In this document: in pieces, positions 26,791 through 40,969 of the stretch | Layout of the letters: each line of letters starts with the position of its first letter | Numbering within the stretch: position 1 is the stretch's first letter | Program-made: the position numbers and the translations under genes | Source of the DNA: Balanoglossus misakiensis | Taxonomy: Eukaryota > Animalia > Hemichordata | NCBI GenBank assembly: GCA_040954595.2 | Contig: CM082589.2 | Location: 7,313,186 to 7,377,185 of the forward strand | DNA: 64,000 nucleotides | Direction: 5' to 3' | Notes under the pieces: generated by a model | The model's database searches: none | What the model was told of the DNA's origin: nothing | What the model saw: the letters and a program-made list of their open reading frames with translations, nothing else

Positions 26791-27697
26791 CAAATGGTAG
26801 CTGTCAGTGTCAGTTTTAAAAAAATGCAATTCAAACTTTGTATCATTTCTTTATTATGCTTTATTAATCATTAAGACATGATCTATTCTACAGAGGCAAA
26901 TTGAAAGCAAGTGCAAATGAGACTGCATTCTTAAACAGATCCGCTGAAGCAAAATTCCACAAGAAAAAGAAACCCGGCAAATTTAATTTTATCGAGCGTC
27001 GAGTAATATCTTTCCATTTCGTCAGTGACAGGTGTTTCCTTTTCGTTGGCTGCTGCTGCAAATTAATCAAAAAGAATGAAATCCAGAAATTAGCTCAATT
27101 AAAATAAACTGAATTTGGGGTTCTTACACGGGTGGTAACAATATACCCATTTCTGTCTGTCTGCACGTGTATCTGCATATGATCGTTATCATGCGAAAAG
27201 TTATTCAGATATAAACCCAATTTGATAGGCGCGTTGACATTCAACATAGCCACACGATAGTGGTTTGTGGTGGGCGTGGGCTTTATACCTATCAATCAAA
27301 GATCTTATTTTCTGATATGGATTGTGTCCATAGTGAGCACCGAGTTCCAGCACCGAATTTGACGGAAACGTCCCACAGATGCAAACCTGACGAGGCTATG
27401 ATGAATATATGCGTTTTATGACAAATAACTGCTAAATGGAACACTTGAACTGACCGCATTTTAATGTGTTTCAATACAATTTTTCCGGTAAAGATGGAAA
27501 ATTTTTACATGCATCAATACCAATTTCTATGACCACACCGCATTGCTGTGGTGGTATATTTTGGCGTATGTAATATCAGGATACTGAGATCACGGCTGAA
27601 TGATTTATCCAACAAAAATACATGTATACCGCCATGGTACTGACGTTTTATTGCAATACTCGCCTTCTGTCACTATTTTACGGCACTGCTGTGGACG

Positions 27698-29724
27698 TTA
27701 CCAGCAAATTACCATCACACTTAAATATTTGTCCGTTCCTGGACACGGGTCTACACCCAATTCAGAGTAATCGACCAAGACTTCGCAGGTGTGCTGGCCA
27801 TTACATTTCTCTCTTATATAATCGATTGCTACATCTCCGTCATCGCAGTCTGTGGTGAGGATAGCTCCTCCGAGACAAGTGACGGACTCACGTCTACCGT
27901 ATACTCCCCCAATAAGGTCGATATGGTCGTTTCCACAGTCAAAACGAGCTGTTTCTCCCTGGCAGGCTAAGATTTTAAACTCTATCGGTGGTACATCCTC
28001 ACCTGAAGATAAAATAAACGAATGGCAACTATAGAAATATGCTCCCCCGAGTCAAGATGTGTGATTAAGATGAAAACGTCTGCATGCGAGGGTCATTTAT
28101 TTATAACGCTGTGCGTAAATTGGGGTTGTTGGTGGACGAAATGTAGAGTGTTGCTCAATTCATGTACTGTAAAGGACTGGTCAGTTTCTTCAGCGGGGGT
28201 GGGGTGGGGAGGTGGGAATTCAATTATGTGGATATCAGAGTGAGTGACCCCCCCCCCCTTCATTGAAAAGTGAAAAGTGGTTGAACCCCTATGCCAACTT
28301 TCAAAAACTTACCGATAAATAACAGTGACAATTTGCATAGATGCATAAATTTAAATAATTAAAACAAGGCATGAATAAATTAACATTCAAATCATTACGA
28401 TATTTGGCAGACAGTGTAAATCAAAAGAAGTGAAGGGGTTGGGTGTGGGAGGGGTGTCCCTCAAAGTTACCATCGGTAAGAGGGGGGAGGCAAGTACCCT
28501 GGTCTGTGCTTACTGGTACACTAGACAAACCAGCCAATAATGAAAGGTGTTGAAGAATGATGGGGTGGGTGTCCCCCTCTCACGTTAGAAAATTTTGTAA
28601 TATAAAAAGCTCGAAACTGCATTTTGTGGACTCAAAAGCAATTTTAGTCCCTGTTTCAGCATTTCCAAAACAAGGTGACCCCCCCCCCCCTATAATCCAC
28701 CGCCCTCCAGGCTGAAGAAACTGACCAGTCCCTAAAGTTCGATAAAATGTCCACTCCATCCGTGGTAGGCAGATCTTTAGCTTTACAGTGTTGATTATGG
28801 TATGTACCATGAACGTTACTTGACTGTTGCTGCAGACAATACGCTCACAGTCTCTGTGATTAGAGCTGTTTCATTCCAATAAATTGAAAATGATAAAGTT
28901 ATTCAAAGTGAATAGTTTCTGACAACATCAAATTGTACTTACATCTATAATATATGTATAGGTACTTGTAAGTGTCCGGGCAGGGGTCACCAAAGACTGA
29001 ATTGGCAGCATGTACGAAGCATGATTGCAGACCCTGGCATTGCTGTTCTAAAATATAATCTGAACTATCATGATAACATTGAGTGTTGTACATATTCGTA
29101 TGTTCACACGTAGTTGTGTCCGTGCGCCCGTAGTTAGCATTCGCAATTACCAGAGTCCATCCGTCTTGGCACTGCAGATATGCCGAATCGTTTTCGCAGA
29201 GGGTTATATGATGATCGATCCACGCAGCGCGACCTTAAAGAAAACAAAGTAAGAAGACATTGAACATGCATGACAAATTTATACAAAAATATAGTATGAT
29301 ACAATAGCTTTCCTACCAGCGCCCAGAATGACAGCAGGTGAGCGACCTTTCTCAGCAGGGAAGTATTTTTGGCCCTGCATTGGTGAATTCGCGGATAGCT
29401 ACAGCAAATCGGTGTGGATGTTACGACAACATTTACAACGCCTGGCATCCGGAGGTAAAATAATATAAGCGCTACCTTGACTTTTGCCTCCTCGGAATCT
29501 ACCACTGCCGACACTCTCTGCCCTAGAAATCTCTCCCGGGAGAAGCTTTTCTTATATTTTGCAGTGTTATAATATCATATATGGATTTTCGAAGGGAGTG
29601 CAATGGGTAAAATGGTGCATGCATGATGTCAGCGTCTAAGAGTAGTGACCAAAACCTTTGGAAAACAAAACTTACCAGTTGTGCCGATATGCATCAGACA
29701 AACTAAAAGCAAAATGCTCTTCAT
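27698..29724 (-). CDS. Secreted rhamnose-binding lectin with two SUEL/Gal_lectin domains, copy 1; exons 29724-29676, 29233-28943, 28002-27698
   Basis: Signal peptide MKSILLLVCLMHIGTTG; domain 1 ANYGR...DPCPDTYKYL; domain 2 VYGRR...DPCPGTDKYL; 8 Cys per domain; intact frame. Confidence 0.92.
28173..28732. mobile_element. PIF/Harbinger-like MITE with TAA TSD in lectin-1 intron 2
   Basis: TAA|aggactggtcagtttcttcagc ... gctgaagaaactgaccagtccc|TAA; absent from lectin copies 2 and 3. Confidence 0.85.
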
Positions 29725-31630
29725 GGTTGTAGTGCGCATGCGTATGTTTCAATCTGTTGAGGAATAAAATCGCAAACATTTCAGTGAAAAACATAGCGTG
29801 GAAAACTTTGCTCTATTGATGACGATGCGAACAGGAATATCAATTTAACTCCTTCTAACCTGCATAAACGTTTGATTTCTTCGCGAAATTTTAAAACGTT
29901 ACTCCTTCATTAAAACAACTCGCGGAAGTTAAACAGCTATCGGCAACAGAGAAGTACGAGCGGTTGCCCAGTAGCTGGTGATGTTTGAAGACAGAGAAAT
30001 TACAAGTGTTGACTGAAACATATGCTTCATGTGAATACATGTAGCATCATTGAATTTTCTACAACGGTGTCCAGCACGAGTGTAAACGGTCCTGTGGCTG
30101 AGAGATGTCTACGAATTTTCAATGCATGGACACTTTGCATGCAAAACAACCACATACTGAGAATGGGTGTTCAGGTATTGACATGAATCTCACAAGACTA
30201 GATTGAAATACAGGTATCGTTCACTTACCAAATTTTGTCCCGCGGCTTCACAATGAATATAGTGGGTGATAAGCGTAGATAAACGTGTACCTTTATCCTT
30301 TTCATAATTGGAACCGTGTGCAAAGATTACGTAAATTAATTCTTGCCAGAAATAAACCGGGGTTTTGATTGGCCTAAATTTTCAGTCCAATGCGACTCGA
30401 CTTTCAAAACTTTTATGATTATGCAGAACCGGTATGTGTACTCATTTGATTGGTTCATTACGAATGCGTTTTGAATATGTATTACGACTCTGAAGGGGCA
30501 CACATATGAGGCTTTAGTTTTCTAATTTTGAAATAAGAACTTTTAAACGAATGTTTAGATTCAAATCCTTTGATTGTCTTATTTTTCATGAGAAAGATTC
30601 TGTATATTTCCTCCGAGATGCTGATTTGAAACATGTTGTCACCTCAGAAGCATGCGTGTATATGAGTATACGATTCTATCAGTTTGCTATAATGAATGCA
30701 AAGCTGCGAAATTGCGTCACCCAAACCAGTCACCTTGCCAATACCACTTTTCTACTACATGTATAGACAGAGAGGAGAAAGCGTTTATGAACATCGCGAA
30801 TTTGAAAGGGTATTTACACATGTGCGGAGTTTCTGCTGATAAACACACCGTCAGAATGGGGAACCGACCAAGCAATACTTTACACAGCAAAATAACTTGG
30901 AAATGAGATACAAATTATCGACGCATTGTTTACAATGACAGTACATTGCTAGAAACTGTGGCGTATGGGACATACACCCGCAGCCGCAGACGGACCGACA
31001 CTCGCCCTTGAGTTCTGTTAGTATGGGTGAGGACATGGAATTGCACTTTATAGCGCCGCTATCTTCAAATGAAGTGTGGTATTCGTCAGAACCATTGCTA
31101 TAGCGATAACTTTTAAAAATACAACTGCTATACTGTATGTGTATAACGTGCTTCAATTGTGTCAACGATCGGTGACTAACTCCTCAAAATAAACTTTGGG
31201 TCAGTACTTTGAAACCAGACACGAGGAGTGCATTTTATTGACAGTAAAGGTATTGCGACTAGTAATAAAAAGCTAAATATATCCGAAAAAAGCTGTAGAT
31301 GCAAATGTTTCAGTCCTCGACTCCTGTGGCCGTGTTTGTCGACGACACCCAGTCGACGACCAGGGGTAGTGCGTGCGTGTGTGTGTGTGTGTGTGTGGGG
31401 GGGTGTTCTTCCAATTTTTTTTCATACGGGAATGTGCGGCCCATATTGAAAACTTCAACACAGATTCATGTTGAGAATTTCTGTTCAAAATTTTTAACAT
31501 CTGCGGGTTTTTGTCGGTGTTATGTTTCAAGTGAAGGTTTATTTCAAAATTTGGAAGTGTCCTTTTTTCATCGACCCACGGTTGGGGATTTTTCGGATAA
31601 AAAAAATCGAGCGATGTTTAGGAATAATTT

Positions 31631-31740
31631 CAATCTGATTAAAATCAGATGTAGGGAACGGCGACGTGTTTTTTTTATGCTTGAGGCGACAGCATAAAAA
31701 AACACGTCGCCGTTCCCTACATCTGATTTTAATCAGATTG
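31631..31740. mobile_element. 110-bp palindromic MITE (family F), near-perfect 9-bp TSD
   Basis: Same TIR as 18565-18672; flanks gaataattt / ggataattt. Confidence 0.85.
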
Positions 31741-33872
31741 GGATAATTTGTGACAAAGTGGCTGTGTGCAGTAATTTGAGAAACAGCCAGCTATATCTGG
31801 AAACAAAAAAGTCTTCACACGACATGTCAAAGTGTGTCGTGATCGTATAGTCCCCACAAGCTGCAACTTTAGGGATCATTTCATGATTCAGAAATTCTTT
31901 ACTATCAATCACGTGATCTGGTCATGTGACCCACGGCGTTGTCATTTTCAGATGACGGGCAAGCAATATTTCGGCATCTAGTAACAGTTTTTCCGAGTAC
32001 GTTTTTATACTTTAGAACCGCCAAATACGCAACATGTATGAGGTATGGTGCCTCATCAGCCTCATTGCATTTCGTCTTCACAGTCTTTGTCTGCACCACG
32101 TAAGTCCACATTGCTTAAGTTGCCCGTCATCTGGAAATTTGAATGCCAACGTAACTGCCGCCTGAGCGCGTCTGACGTCATTTGATATCGAGCAATTTAA
32201 TTTCAAACAGCACGTCCCAACATTAGCATATGTAGATGCGTGCACTGAAGTATGTGACTACAGGTATTATTAACCTGTAAGTAAGACTTTTATAGGTTAT
32301 AAGTACCAGCAGTAACACAAAGCAACCACGTAGACAAATGTATAATCTGACAGCAGAAATTGTAGATGTAAGTACAGAATGAATAATCCAACTGGAGAAG
32401 AGATTGTGCTTTAGTTTTTATCACATTTCCAAGTTTACTTTGATATATAATGTATTGGTTAGTATGCAGGGTCTCTGTGGACAGTGGGAACGATGCTGAT
32501 GGTGTTGTGGTCAAGCCTCACATATTCCGGTCGACTAGACGACCCCCCCCCCCCCCGGAACAGTCAATCCAAATGATTGAATTTGTGCACTCTAACTCAT
32601 CATAGAAAAACATGTGAATTTTGTCTGCCACAAAAAAAGGTGAATAGTGTTTAAAACGTTGAATATAGATGATTCCATACAGTCAGAACACCAGGTCACT
32701 CAGGGGTCATGAAAGTCGCCTATTCGAGTAAAACTGTTCCCATATAAGGTGACGAATACTTAATGAGGACAATCTAGGGCTAACTTCTAAATCGGTTACA
32801 CAAAATGATACAACTGGTTGTGTCTGTCTGGAGAGATGAACACATAGAATTCTAATGAGAAAATTTTAGGCTCATAAAATGTTAAATTTGGCACAACTGT
32901 TTAAAAAATGTCATAGCAGCTATGCTCTCAAATAAACAGGTAAATATTTTGATGGCAAACATATGGAAAAATTCGTTTTATTATCATCAAAGATATTTGT
33001 GTCCTTATGATGTAAAAAACCCACATCGACACTTTTAGCCATTGCTGTGGGAAGGGAAAATATCAAACAAACCGAGACATATTGTCTAAGTAAAATTCAT
33101 CTTAAAGAGCTTATCGATATAGTAATTATATGCCAAGCATCCAAAACACACACTCAAACGTTTACAACTGTATGGTCTGACAAACTGTCCATAAATTTAC
33201 GTTACTAAGACTGTAAACTGAAGTAAAATCTGTATAGTTTTCCGTGTGGTCTGACGGCCATTTTTACCTTACTTCGACGCTGGTGGCGCCCTGCAGCGGC
33301 CATTTTTACTTTGGTGGCAGCACAGGTAAAGGGAAAACAAATGAGTTTTGGGGGATGGATGGAAGATTTTTTGTGTCAAAATGTATTGGCAGAGGGAGCC
33401 GAGGGAACAACGTCTTCTGCAACACCTTGACGAAAAAGGTGGACTGGTAATCGAATAAAAAAATTATGTGTAAAAAGGTCAAATACCACATTTCATTTGG
33501 AGATAATGGCGCTGAAAAGAGCAATACCAAAGAAACAAACAAACTCAAAAGTATAGACAAAGCGTTTGGTATGTCATGTCACTAACAGAACTCAACGGTG
33601 TATGGGACTGAGCCTCAGCGCCTATACATAAACTTTGTGTGTTTGGACACCACGCGACTCAAAGGATTAATGCTCTGTGGAGGGACTGTGGTTTACCATA
33701 GGCAAATAGTGTCTCTATTTTTTTTTTTTTTTACTGTGTGAACCTGGTAAGAGATAGTGGGTTGCGGAGAGGTGTTAATCCTTACACCGGCTCAAGTCTG
33801 GCTGACAAAGCCGTCTCAAATCTAAGCCATTTCAGAACCTTTTCACATACATATAGCTCCGCATATACCATA

Positions 33873-34655
33873 GTATGACGTCAGACGTAGGTAAATTTGC
33901 ACCAAGCGTTATTGTGATACCCATCCCTCTGACGTCACCAAACGGAACTATTTTAAACTTGTAAACAAAGTCCCCTTAGGGCGACAAAATTCAGTGCAAT
34001 TGTTGGTTTTATTTCGATATTAAAAAATAAGCAAAGATAAATAAAATATTTCGTATGTGTAAATATGGACGATCGACGATTAGTTTTACCTGTGTACATT
34101 TTTATCGCACCAACCGGCACCAAAACTGTCGCGAGGTCGTCAGTGCTGAGCCAATGTCGTCGCGTTGTCGAACGAGCGACAGGTACAAAACTGAGTATTC
34201 GCAAAAATTTTGATGCGACGATTAGAGCAAAACGGTCTAGTCATAAAGCAAAAGGCATAAGAAAGGTTTCCTGCTCCAGTGAAACCTTGACGGACGACGA
34301 AATCCAGCTGACGCACAACAGACGGGTCCTTGCCAAAACCAGAATCGTCCAGGTCGTGACCTGAGTCACCTGACAGATAGACCGCATAACATCGATCTTC
34401 AATTTTGCTCAAAATAGTTCCAAATTTTATCGCAACCACAAAGAGATTTATTTGAAAATCAAAATTAGCGGATCCATGTATGTGATAAACATATAATTCC
34501 CCCGTATTCCTCACTCGTGTACCTGCGTCGCGAACTCGTGATTCCCCGTATAGCTGTATCCTTCCTCGCCTGCGGCTCGGAGGGACACGGCCGCTATACG
34601 GGGAATCACTCGTCCGCGACGCAGGCACACTCGTTCGAAATACGGGGGAATTATA
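33873..34655 (+). mobile_element. H1-type hairpin-ended non-autonomous element, probably full length
   Basis: Starts (c)ata|gtatgacgtcag, ends ggggaattata|tata; body matches 6830-7425; hairpin at 34492-34654. Confidence 0.8.
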
Positions 34656-35181
34656 TATAATCATAAATGTTTTGAAAGTGCAATCATATTCCTGGTATAT
34701 TTATGGAAAGAATTAAAATAAGTAATCTTTGCACACGGTTCCAATTATGAAAAGTATAAAGGTACACGTTTATCTACGCTTTTTCACCAACTATATATAT
34801 TCATTGTGAAGCCGCGGGACCAAATTTGGTAAGTGAACGATATCTGTATTACAATCTAGTTTCTTTTAATTCCATTTCAATACCGGACCATTTATTCTCA
34901 GTGTGTGATTGTGTTGCATGCAATGTGGCCACGCATTGAAACATCGTATAACGGGTTGAACATCCCTCAGCCATTATAGACGCCATTTTGAAAATATAAC
35001 TTTATGGTCACAACTGTGTAGAAAATACCGTGATGCTGCTTGTCGTATGAAACTACTGTAGACTGGTGTTATGTTTTTCATAGTCTTGAATACAGGAACG
35101 TTTTCCATATATGTTCATTGGCTGAAATGTTTGCGCCTTTATTCCTCAACAGATTGAAACATACGCATGCGCACCACAACC

Positions 35182-36586
35182 ATGAAGAGCATTTTGCTTT
35201 TAGTTTGTCTGATGCATATCGGCACAACTGGTAAGTATTGTCTGACAAATGTTTTATTAAGAATGATTTATTTATCTCATCCGAGCTTCGTTAAATATTG
35301 AAAGTCAATAAAAGCCGTCCACGTTGTTTTGTAAATCGCACACCGGAATTGGTAAATAAAGTTTACATACTATATCGGCATTGCCGAGTATACTTAGTAA
35401 TACTTCTCATAACAACCACAATGATGTACACTGCAGTATATAGCAGTTACCTTATTCGCCTATATTTGACTAGCTAGGAACTGTGTCGTATGGGAACCAT
35501 ACCCACAGCTGCAGACGGTACGACCCGCACATTTTAAATGTGTTTTTACTCCCAAAATGTATGTACAGAGTTTGTGGTAGAGACTCATGCTGCTTGAAAG
35601 TCACTATAGGATTGCGCGCACACACCTTATTTCAATTGTCTTAAAGCACTTGGCAAGGAAACCACTTTTCTGTATGGAGGTCCAATCTGGTGCACTTATA
35701 TGTAGACGCCGACATCATGCACCATCATGCTGGTAGGAAAGCTATTGTATCATACTATATTTTTTGTGCGAATTTGTCATGCATGTTCTTTGTCTTCTTA
35801 GTTTGTTTTCTTCAAGGCCGTGCTGCGTCTACCGATCATTACATAACCCTCTGCGAAACCCAGTCGGCAATTCTGCAGTGTCCAGCGGGACAGACGCTGG
35901 TAATTGCGTATGCTAACTACGGGCGAACAGACACAACTACGTGCGTACATACAAATATGTACGACACAGACTGTTGGCATGATAGTGCAACTTATATTTT
36001 GCAACAGCGATGCCAGGGTGAGCAATCATGCGAAGTATATGCTGGCAATTCAGCCTTTGGTGACCCCTGCCCGGACACTTACAAGTACCTGGACATGATG
36101 TATAGATGTAAGTACAATTTGATTTTGTCAGAAACTATTCAGTTTTAATCACGTTATCATTTTCAATTTATTGGAATGAAACAGCTCTAATCACAGAGAC
36201 TTTGAGCGTAGAGTCTGCAACAACAGTCAAGTAACGTCCATATTTTTAGTTGTCGTTCGTTTATTTTATCTTCAGGTGAGGATGTACCAGCGACGGAGTT
36301 TGACGTCGTAGTCTGCCAGGGAGAAATAGCTCGTTTTGACTGTGGAAACGATTACACTATCGACCTTACCTCTGGGGGAGTATACGGTAGACGTGAGTCC
36401 GTTACTTGTCCCGGAGGAACTATCCTCACCACAGACTGCGATGACGAAGATGCAGCAAGCAATTATATAAGAGCGAAGTGTGAGGGTCAGCACACCTGCG
36501 AAGTCTTGGCCGATTACTCTGAATTGGGTATAGACCCGTGTCCAGGAACGGACAAATATTTAAGTATGATGGTAATGTGCTTGTAA
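35182..36586 (+). CDS. Two-domain SUEL rhamnose-binding lectin, copy 2; exons 35182-35230, 35817-36107, 36276-36586
   Basis: Same signal exon as copy 1; ANYGRTD...DPCPDTYKYL and VYGRRE...DPCPGTDKYL motifs; phase-1 introns; intact. Confidence 0.93.
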
Positions 36587-37552
36587 CGTCCACAGCAGTG
36601 CCGTAAAATAGTGACAGAAGGTGAGTATTGCAATGAAACGCACTGTCAGTGCAGTGGCGGTATATTGTGGTGTGGATAAATCATTCAGCCGTGATCGCAG
36701 AATCCTGATAATTACACACGCCTACAGCAATGCGGTGTGGTCATAGAAATTGATATTGATGCATGTAAAAAAGTCCCATCTTTACCGGCAAAATTGTATT
36801 ACCACAACACATTGAAATGGGGTCAGTGCAATTGTTCAATTTAGCAGTTATTTGTTATAATACGCATATAGTCATCACAGTCTCGTCAGGTTTGCATCTG
36901 TGGGACGTTTCCGTCTAATTCGGTGCTGGAACTCGGTGCTCACTAATGACACAATCCATATCAGAAAATATGATATTTGATTGATAGGTATAAAGCCCAC
37001 GCCCACCACAAACCACTATAGTGTGGCTATGTTGAATGTCAAAGCGTCTATCAAATTGGGTTTATATCTGATTAACTGTTCGTATGATAACGATGACACA
37101 TATGCAGATACACGTGCAGACAGAGAGAAATCGATATTATTGTTTCCTCCCGTATAAGGACCCCAAATTCTGTTTATTTTCATTGAGTTAATTCTTTCTG
37201 GATTTCGTTCTTTTTGGTTTGCAGCAGCAGCTATATGAAAAGGAAACACCTGTCACTGACGAAATGGAAAGATGTTACTCGACGCTCGATAAAATTAAAT
37301 TTTCTGGGTTTTCTTTTTCTTGTGGAATTTTGCTTCAGCGGATCTGTTTAAGAATGCAGTCTCATTTGCACTTGCTTTCAATTTGCCTCTGTAGAATAGA
37401 TCACGTCTTAATGATAAATAAAGCATAATAAAAGAAATAATAAAAAGTTTGAATTGCATTTTTTTAAACTGACACCGACATCTACCATTTGTGTATATTT
37501 ATTGTTTAAGGAATGACTCCTTAACTGTGAGTTATCAGGTCTCCTGATTTCC

Positions 37553-37978
37553 TAATGAATGAATGAATGAACGAATGAATGAATGAATGAATGAATGAAT
37601 GAATGAATGAATAACTGAGCTAGCGAACGAACGAATGAATGAATGCATGAACGAAAGAATGAATAACTGAGCGAGCGAACGAATGAATGAATGCATGAAT
37701 GAATGAATGAATGAATGAATAACTGAGCGAGCGAACGAATGAATGAATGCATGAATGAATGAATGAATGAATGAATGAATGAATGAATGAATAACTGAGC
37801 GAGCGAACGAATGAATGCATGAACGAAAGAATGAATGAATGAGCGAACGAACGGATGAATGTATGAATGAATGAATGTATGAATGAACGAACGATCGAAT
37901 GAACGAACGAACGAACGAACGAATGAATGAATGAATGAATGAATGAATGAATGAATGAATGAATGAATGAATGAATGA
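37553..37978. repeat. (GAAT)n microsatellite with higher-order repeat units
   Basis: GAAT runs are interrupted four times by aactgagc(g/t)agcgaac. Confidence 0.95.
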
Positions 37979-38411
37979 AATCTTCACACGACGATGCAAA
38001 AGTCATGTTTGAAATTTGTTGACAAGCAGAATACCGGGCGTGGGCTCTTTCGCACTGTGGTCACCGCGTTCTATTTTGAGATAAATTTCGTTAAAATGTT
38101 TGCCCATAAACAAACTATTGGTGAAAAATGCTGAGTCAGCAGTTTTCTTCTGTTATCGACTAAATTTGTGGCTCCTTTTTTTCCAAATTCAAGCGCGATG
38201 ACCGCTATAGTTTATCACTTGCATTATGATAAATAAAAATAGCTTTACTTCCGAAAAACGAAATAATTTGGTCTTGTCTTTGGCTGCGTCCTGTCGTCTG
38301 CCCTCAAGCCGTCGATCGCTTATACTAGAGGAAAATGTTTGTTTCAACAGTCCAGTCTAACGAAAAAAGTGAATAAATGTGGTGTGTGGTCACGACGAGT
38401 TTGCTCACATA

Positions 38412-40499
38412 CTATGGGGTGAGAACACCGCCAAAAATAGCTGATGTCTTTATTTGGTAGTTTTCTCATCATTATTATGCTATTATGTCATTATTTGGCC
38501 ATTAACTTGGCCATTATTATGCCGTTATTTGGTTCTTTGGTATTTATGTCATGGTCTCGACATTACCTCGACCATTACCTCGGCCATTATTTGGTTCGCT
38601 CGACATTACCTCGGTCATTATTATGCCGTTATTTGGTTATTTGGCCGTTATTATGTAATTTTTCAGTACTGATGTCTTTATTTGGAAGTTTCCTCATCAT
38701 CATTATGCTATTATGTCATTATTTGGCCATTATTTGGTTATTTGGTATTTATGTCATGGTCTCGACATTACCTCGGCCATTATTTGGTTCGCTCGACATT
38801 ATTTGACCTGCTTTATTATTTGAACTCTTGCTCGGTACCCAGAATTCATTGCACAAAATGGCGACGGTATGAAAGTTTCGCGGGCCGTGGCCGACGACAG
38901 TCTTGTAAACAGCACGCGTGGGTAAACAGTCAGGCCTCGAACTTAACGCCGGCCCACCGGCCCCGGGCCGGTAAATATTTATAGTGGGCTGGTTATTTTC
39001 ACATCTTGTCGGCCCAATTGGGCCGGTGAATATACACAAATAAATCAGTAAAACATACTGCAGAATCAATATTCTATTGTAAAAGTTATATAGAAAGAAA
39101 GATTTCAAGAAAAAAAACAAAGTTTTGTGTCTTTATATGCCGTTTTTTCTTATTTTATCGAAGATATAATCGGCCGTCAACGCGCTGGCAGGGTTACGCG
39201 ATTAAAGTTCATTGATTGATATGTAAATTAGGAGAAGCCAACGTACGCGCGCGTTGGTGAACCTGACCTGACCCCTTCCACCCCATGCCCAGGCCATGCG
39301 CTCACTGCGTAAGCGTGTCTAAATATAGCTCGGATATATTTGTATAAATTACTGCTTTGTTCTTCTGAAGTTTGCCTGATAGAATAAAAATGAGTCTTAA
39401 AGTTTGGGTTTACTAAAACTTAGAAGGAAGTTTGTACTTAGTGTGCCATCAAAGTGGGAAAGGAAAGGAAAGGAAAGACAAGGACACTGCCAGGAGTCTA
39501 ATACATCCAAGATGGACCAGAGAGCAGTGGATAATTCATGTATTTTGCCAGAACACCTATAGTCAGCACATGACATTACATACTTGAAAAGGGAAAATTT
39601 TTAAATCAAAACATTTCAGCTGATCCTGCTGATATTTTTTTTCAAAACTAATCCGTAACCATTTTCTAAGAATAATAGATCTGAAACTGAAATTCTGAAT
39701 TTGGTCATCCTGGGGAAAATACAGAATATATTTGTGGTGGGCCATTTATGTGTGTGGGGCCAAATTTTAATACTAAATTTAAACGGAGTGTCTATTGAGT
39801 GTCTAAATGGTTACGGATTAGTTCAAAAACATCCTAAGACATCTCAGATTTTGTATCCCGTGTTTTACTGCTATATTGGTGATGGAATTTATTGTGTATT
39901 ATATCAAATCGCACCAGTGCAAGGTATGAGAAATGCATTTTGAAAAAAAAAATCGGTTCACCAGTAGAAGTTATGAGAGAAATCTATTTTGAAAAAAAAT
40001 ATCAGCAGGATCAGCTGAAATGTTTTGATTTAAAAATTTCATACCGTCGCCATTTTGTGCAATGAATTCTGGGTACCGAGCAAGAGTTCAAATAATAAAG
40101 CAGGTCAAATAATGTCGAGTGAACCAAATAATGGTCGAGGTAATGTCGAGACCACGACATAAATACCAAATAACCAAATAATGGCCAAATAATGACATAA
40201 TAGCATAATGATGATGAGAAAACTTCCAAATAAAGACATCAGTACTGAAAAATGACATAATAACGGCCAAATAACCAAATAACGGCATAATAATGACCGA
40301 GGTAATGTCGAGCGAACCAAATAATGGCCGAGGTAATGGTCGAGGTAATGTCGAGACCATGACATAAATACCAAAGAACCAAATAACGGCATAATAATGG
40401 CCAAGGTAATGGCCAAATAATGACATAATAGCATAATAATGATGAGAAAACTACCAAATAAAGACATCAGCTATTTTTGGCGGTGTTCTCACCCCATAG
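38412..40499. mobile_element. 2.1-kb foldback element with ~465-bp internally repetitive terminal inverted repeats
   Basis: 38412-38876 (ctatggggtgagaacaccgcc...ggcgacggtatgaaa) is the near-exact reverse complement of 40036-40499. Arms are built of cattatttggc/ctcgacattac sub-repeats. Flanks ctcacata / ctcacgag form at best an imperfect TSD. Confidence 0.85.
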
Positions 40500-40969
40500 C
40501 TCACGAGTCACCATGGTGTTTTGTTTAACTGTTCACGCTGGCGAGCTTATACATGGTATAGGTAGTCTGAATATGAAAACTACATATCCAACCACAATAG
40601 GGTGCTGAATAATATTCTAATGGCCGCGGCCTACCCTGAACGTACTTCCTCTTTCTGTCAAACTGTTAGCATCAATAGATGCTTACACAATTCCTCTCCT
40701 TCCGCAAGTGTCATACTATCGTCAACATGACCACGTGAGTCGTGGACTGAAACATTTGCAAGCATCGGATTCTAAAACCTTTTCGAATATATTTAGCTTT
40801 TATTACTAGTCGATAATAACACGACATGCCAGGGATATAATATCGTTAGTGACAATAAAACTATTGACCCAAAATTTATTTTGAAAAGATAGCTGTGCCA
40901 ATCAATAGCTGTGTCTGGAAAAAATGACTTGGCAAATATAGCTCGGACTCAACTCTCCACCCAAACAGT

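Larger units (their letters stand above)
26175..33300 (+). repeat. Left arm of a large inverted duplication (partner 40970-46705)
   Basis: Colinear reverse-complement matches throughout (e.g. 26200/46680, 29700/43970, 30650/42925, 33250/41020) with arm-specific indels. Confidence 0.9.

Noticed and set aside
38444-38806. CRISPR-like or coding interpretation of the short repeats
   Set aside because: No constant repeat with unique spacers and no cas genes; these are sub-repeats of a foldback TIR in eukaryotic DNA.
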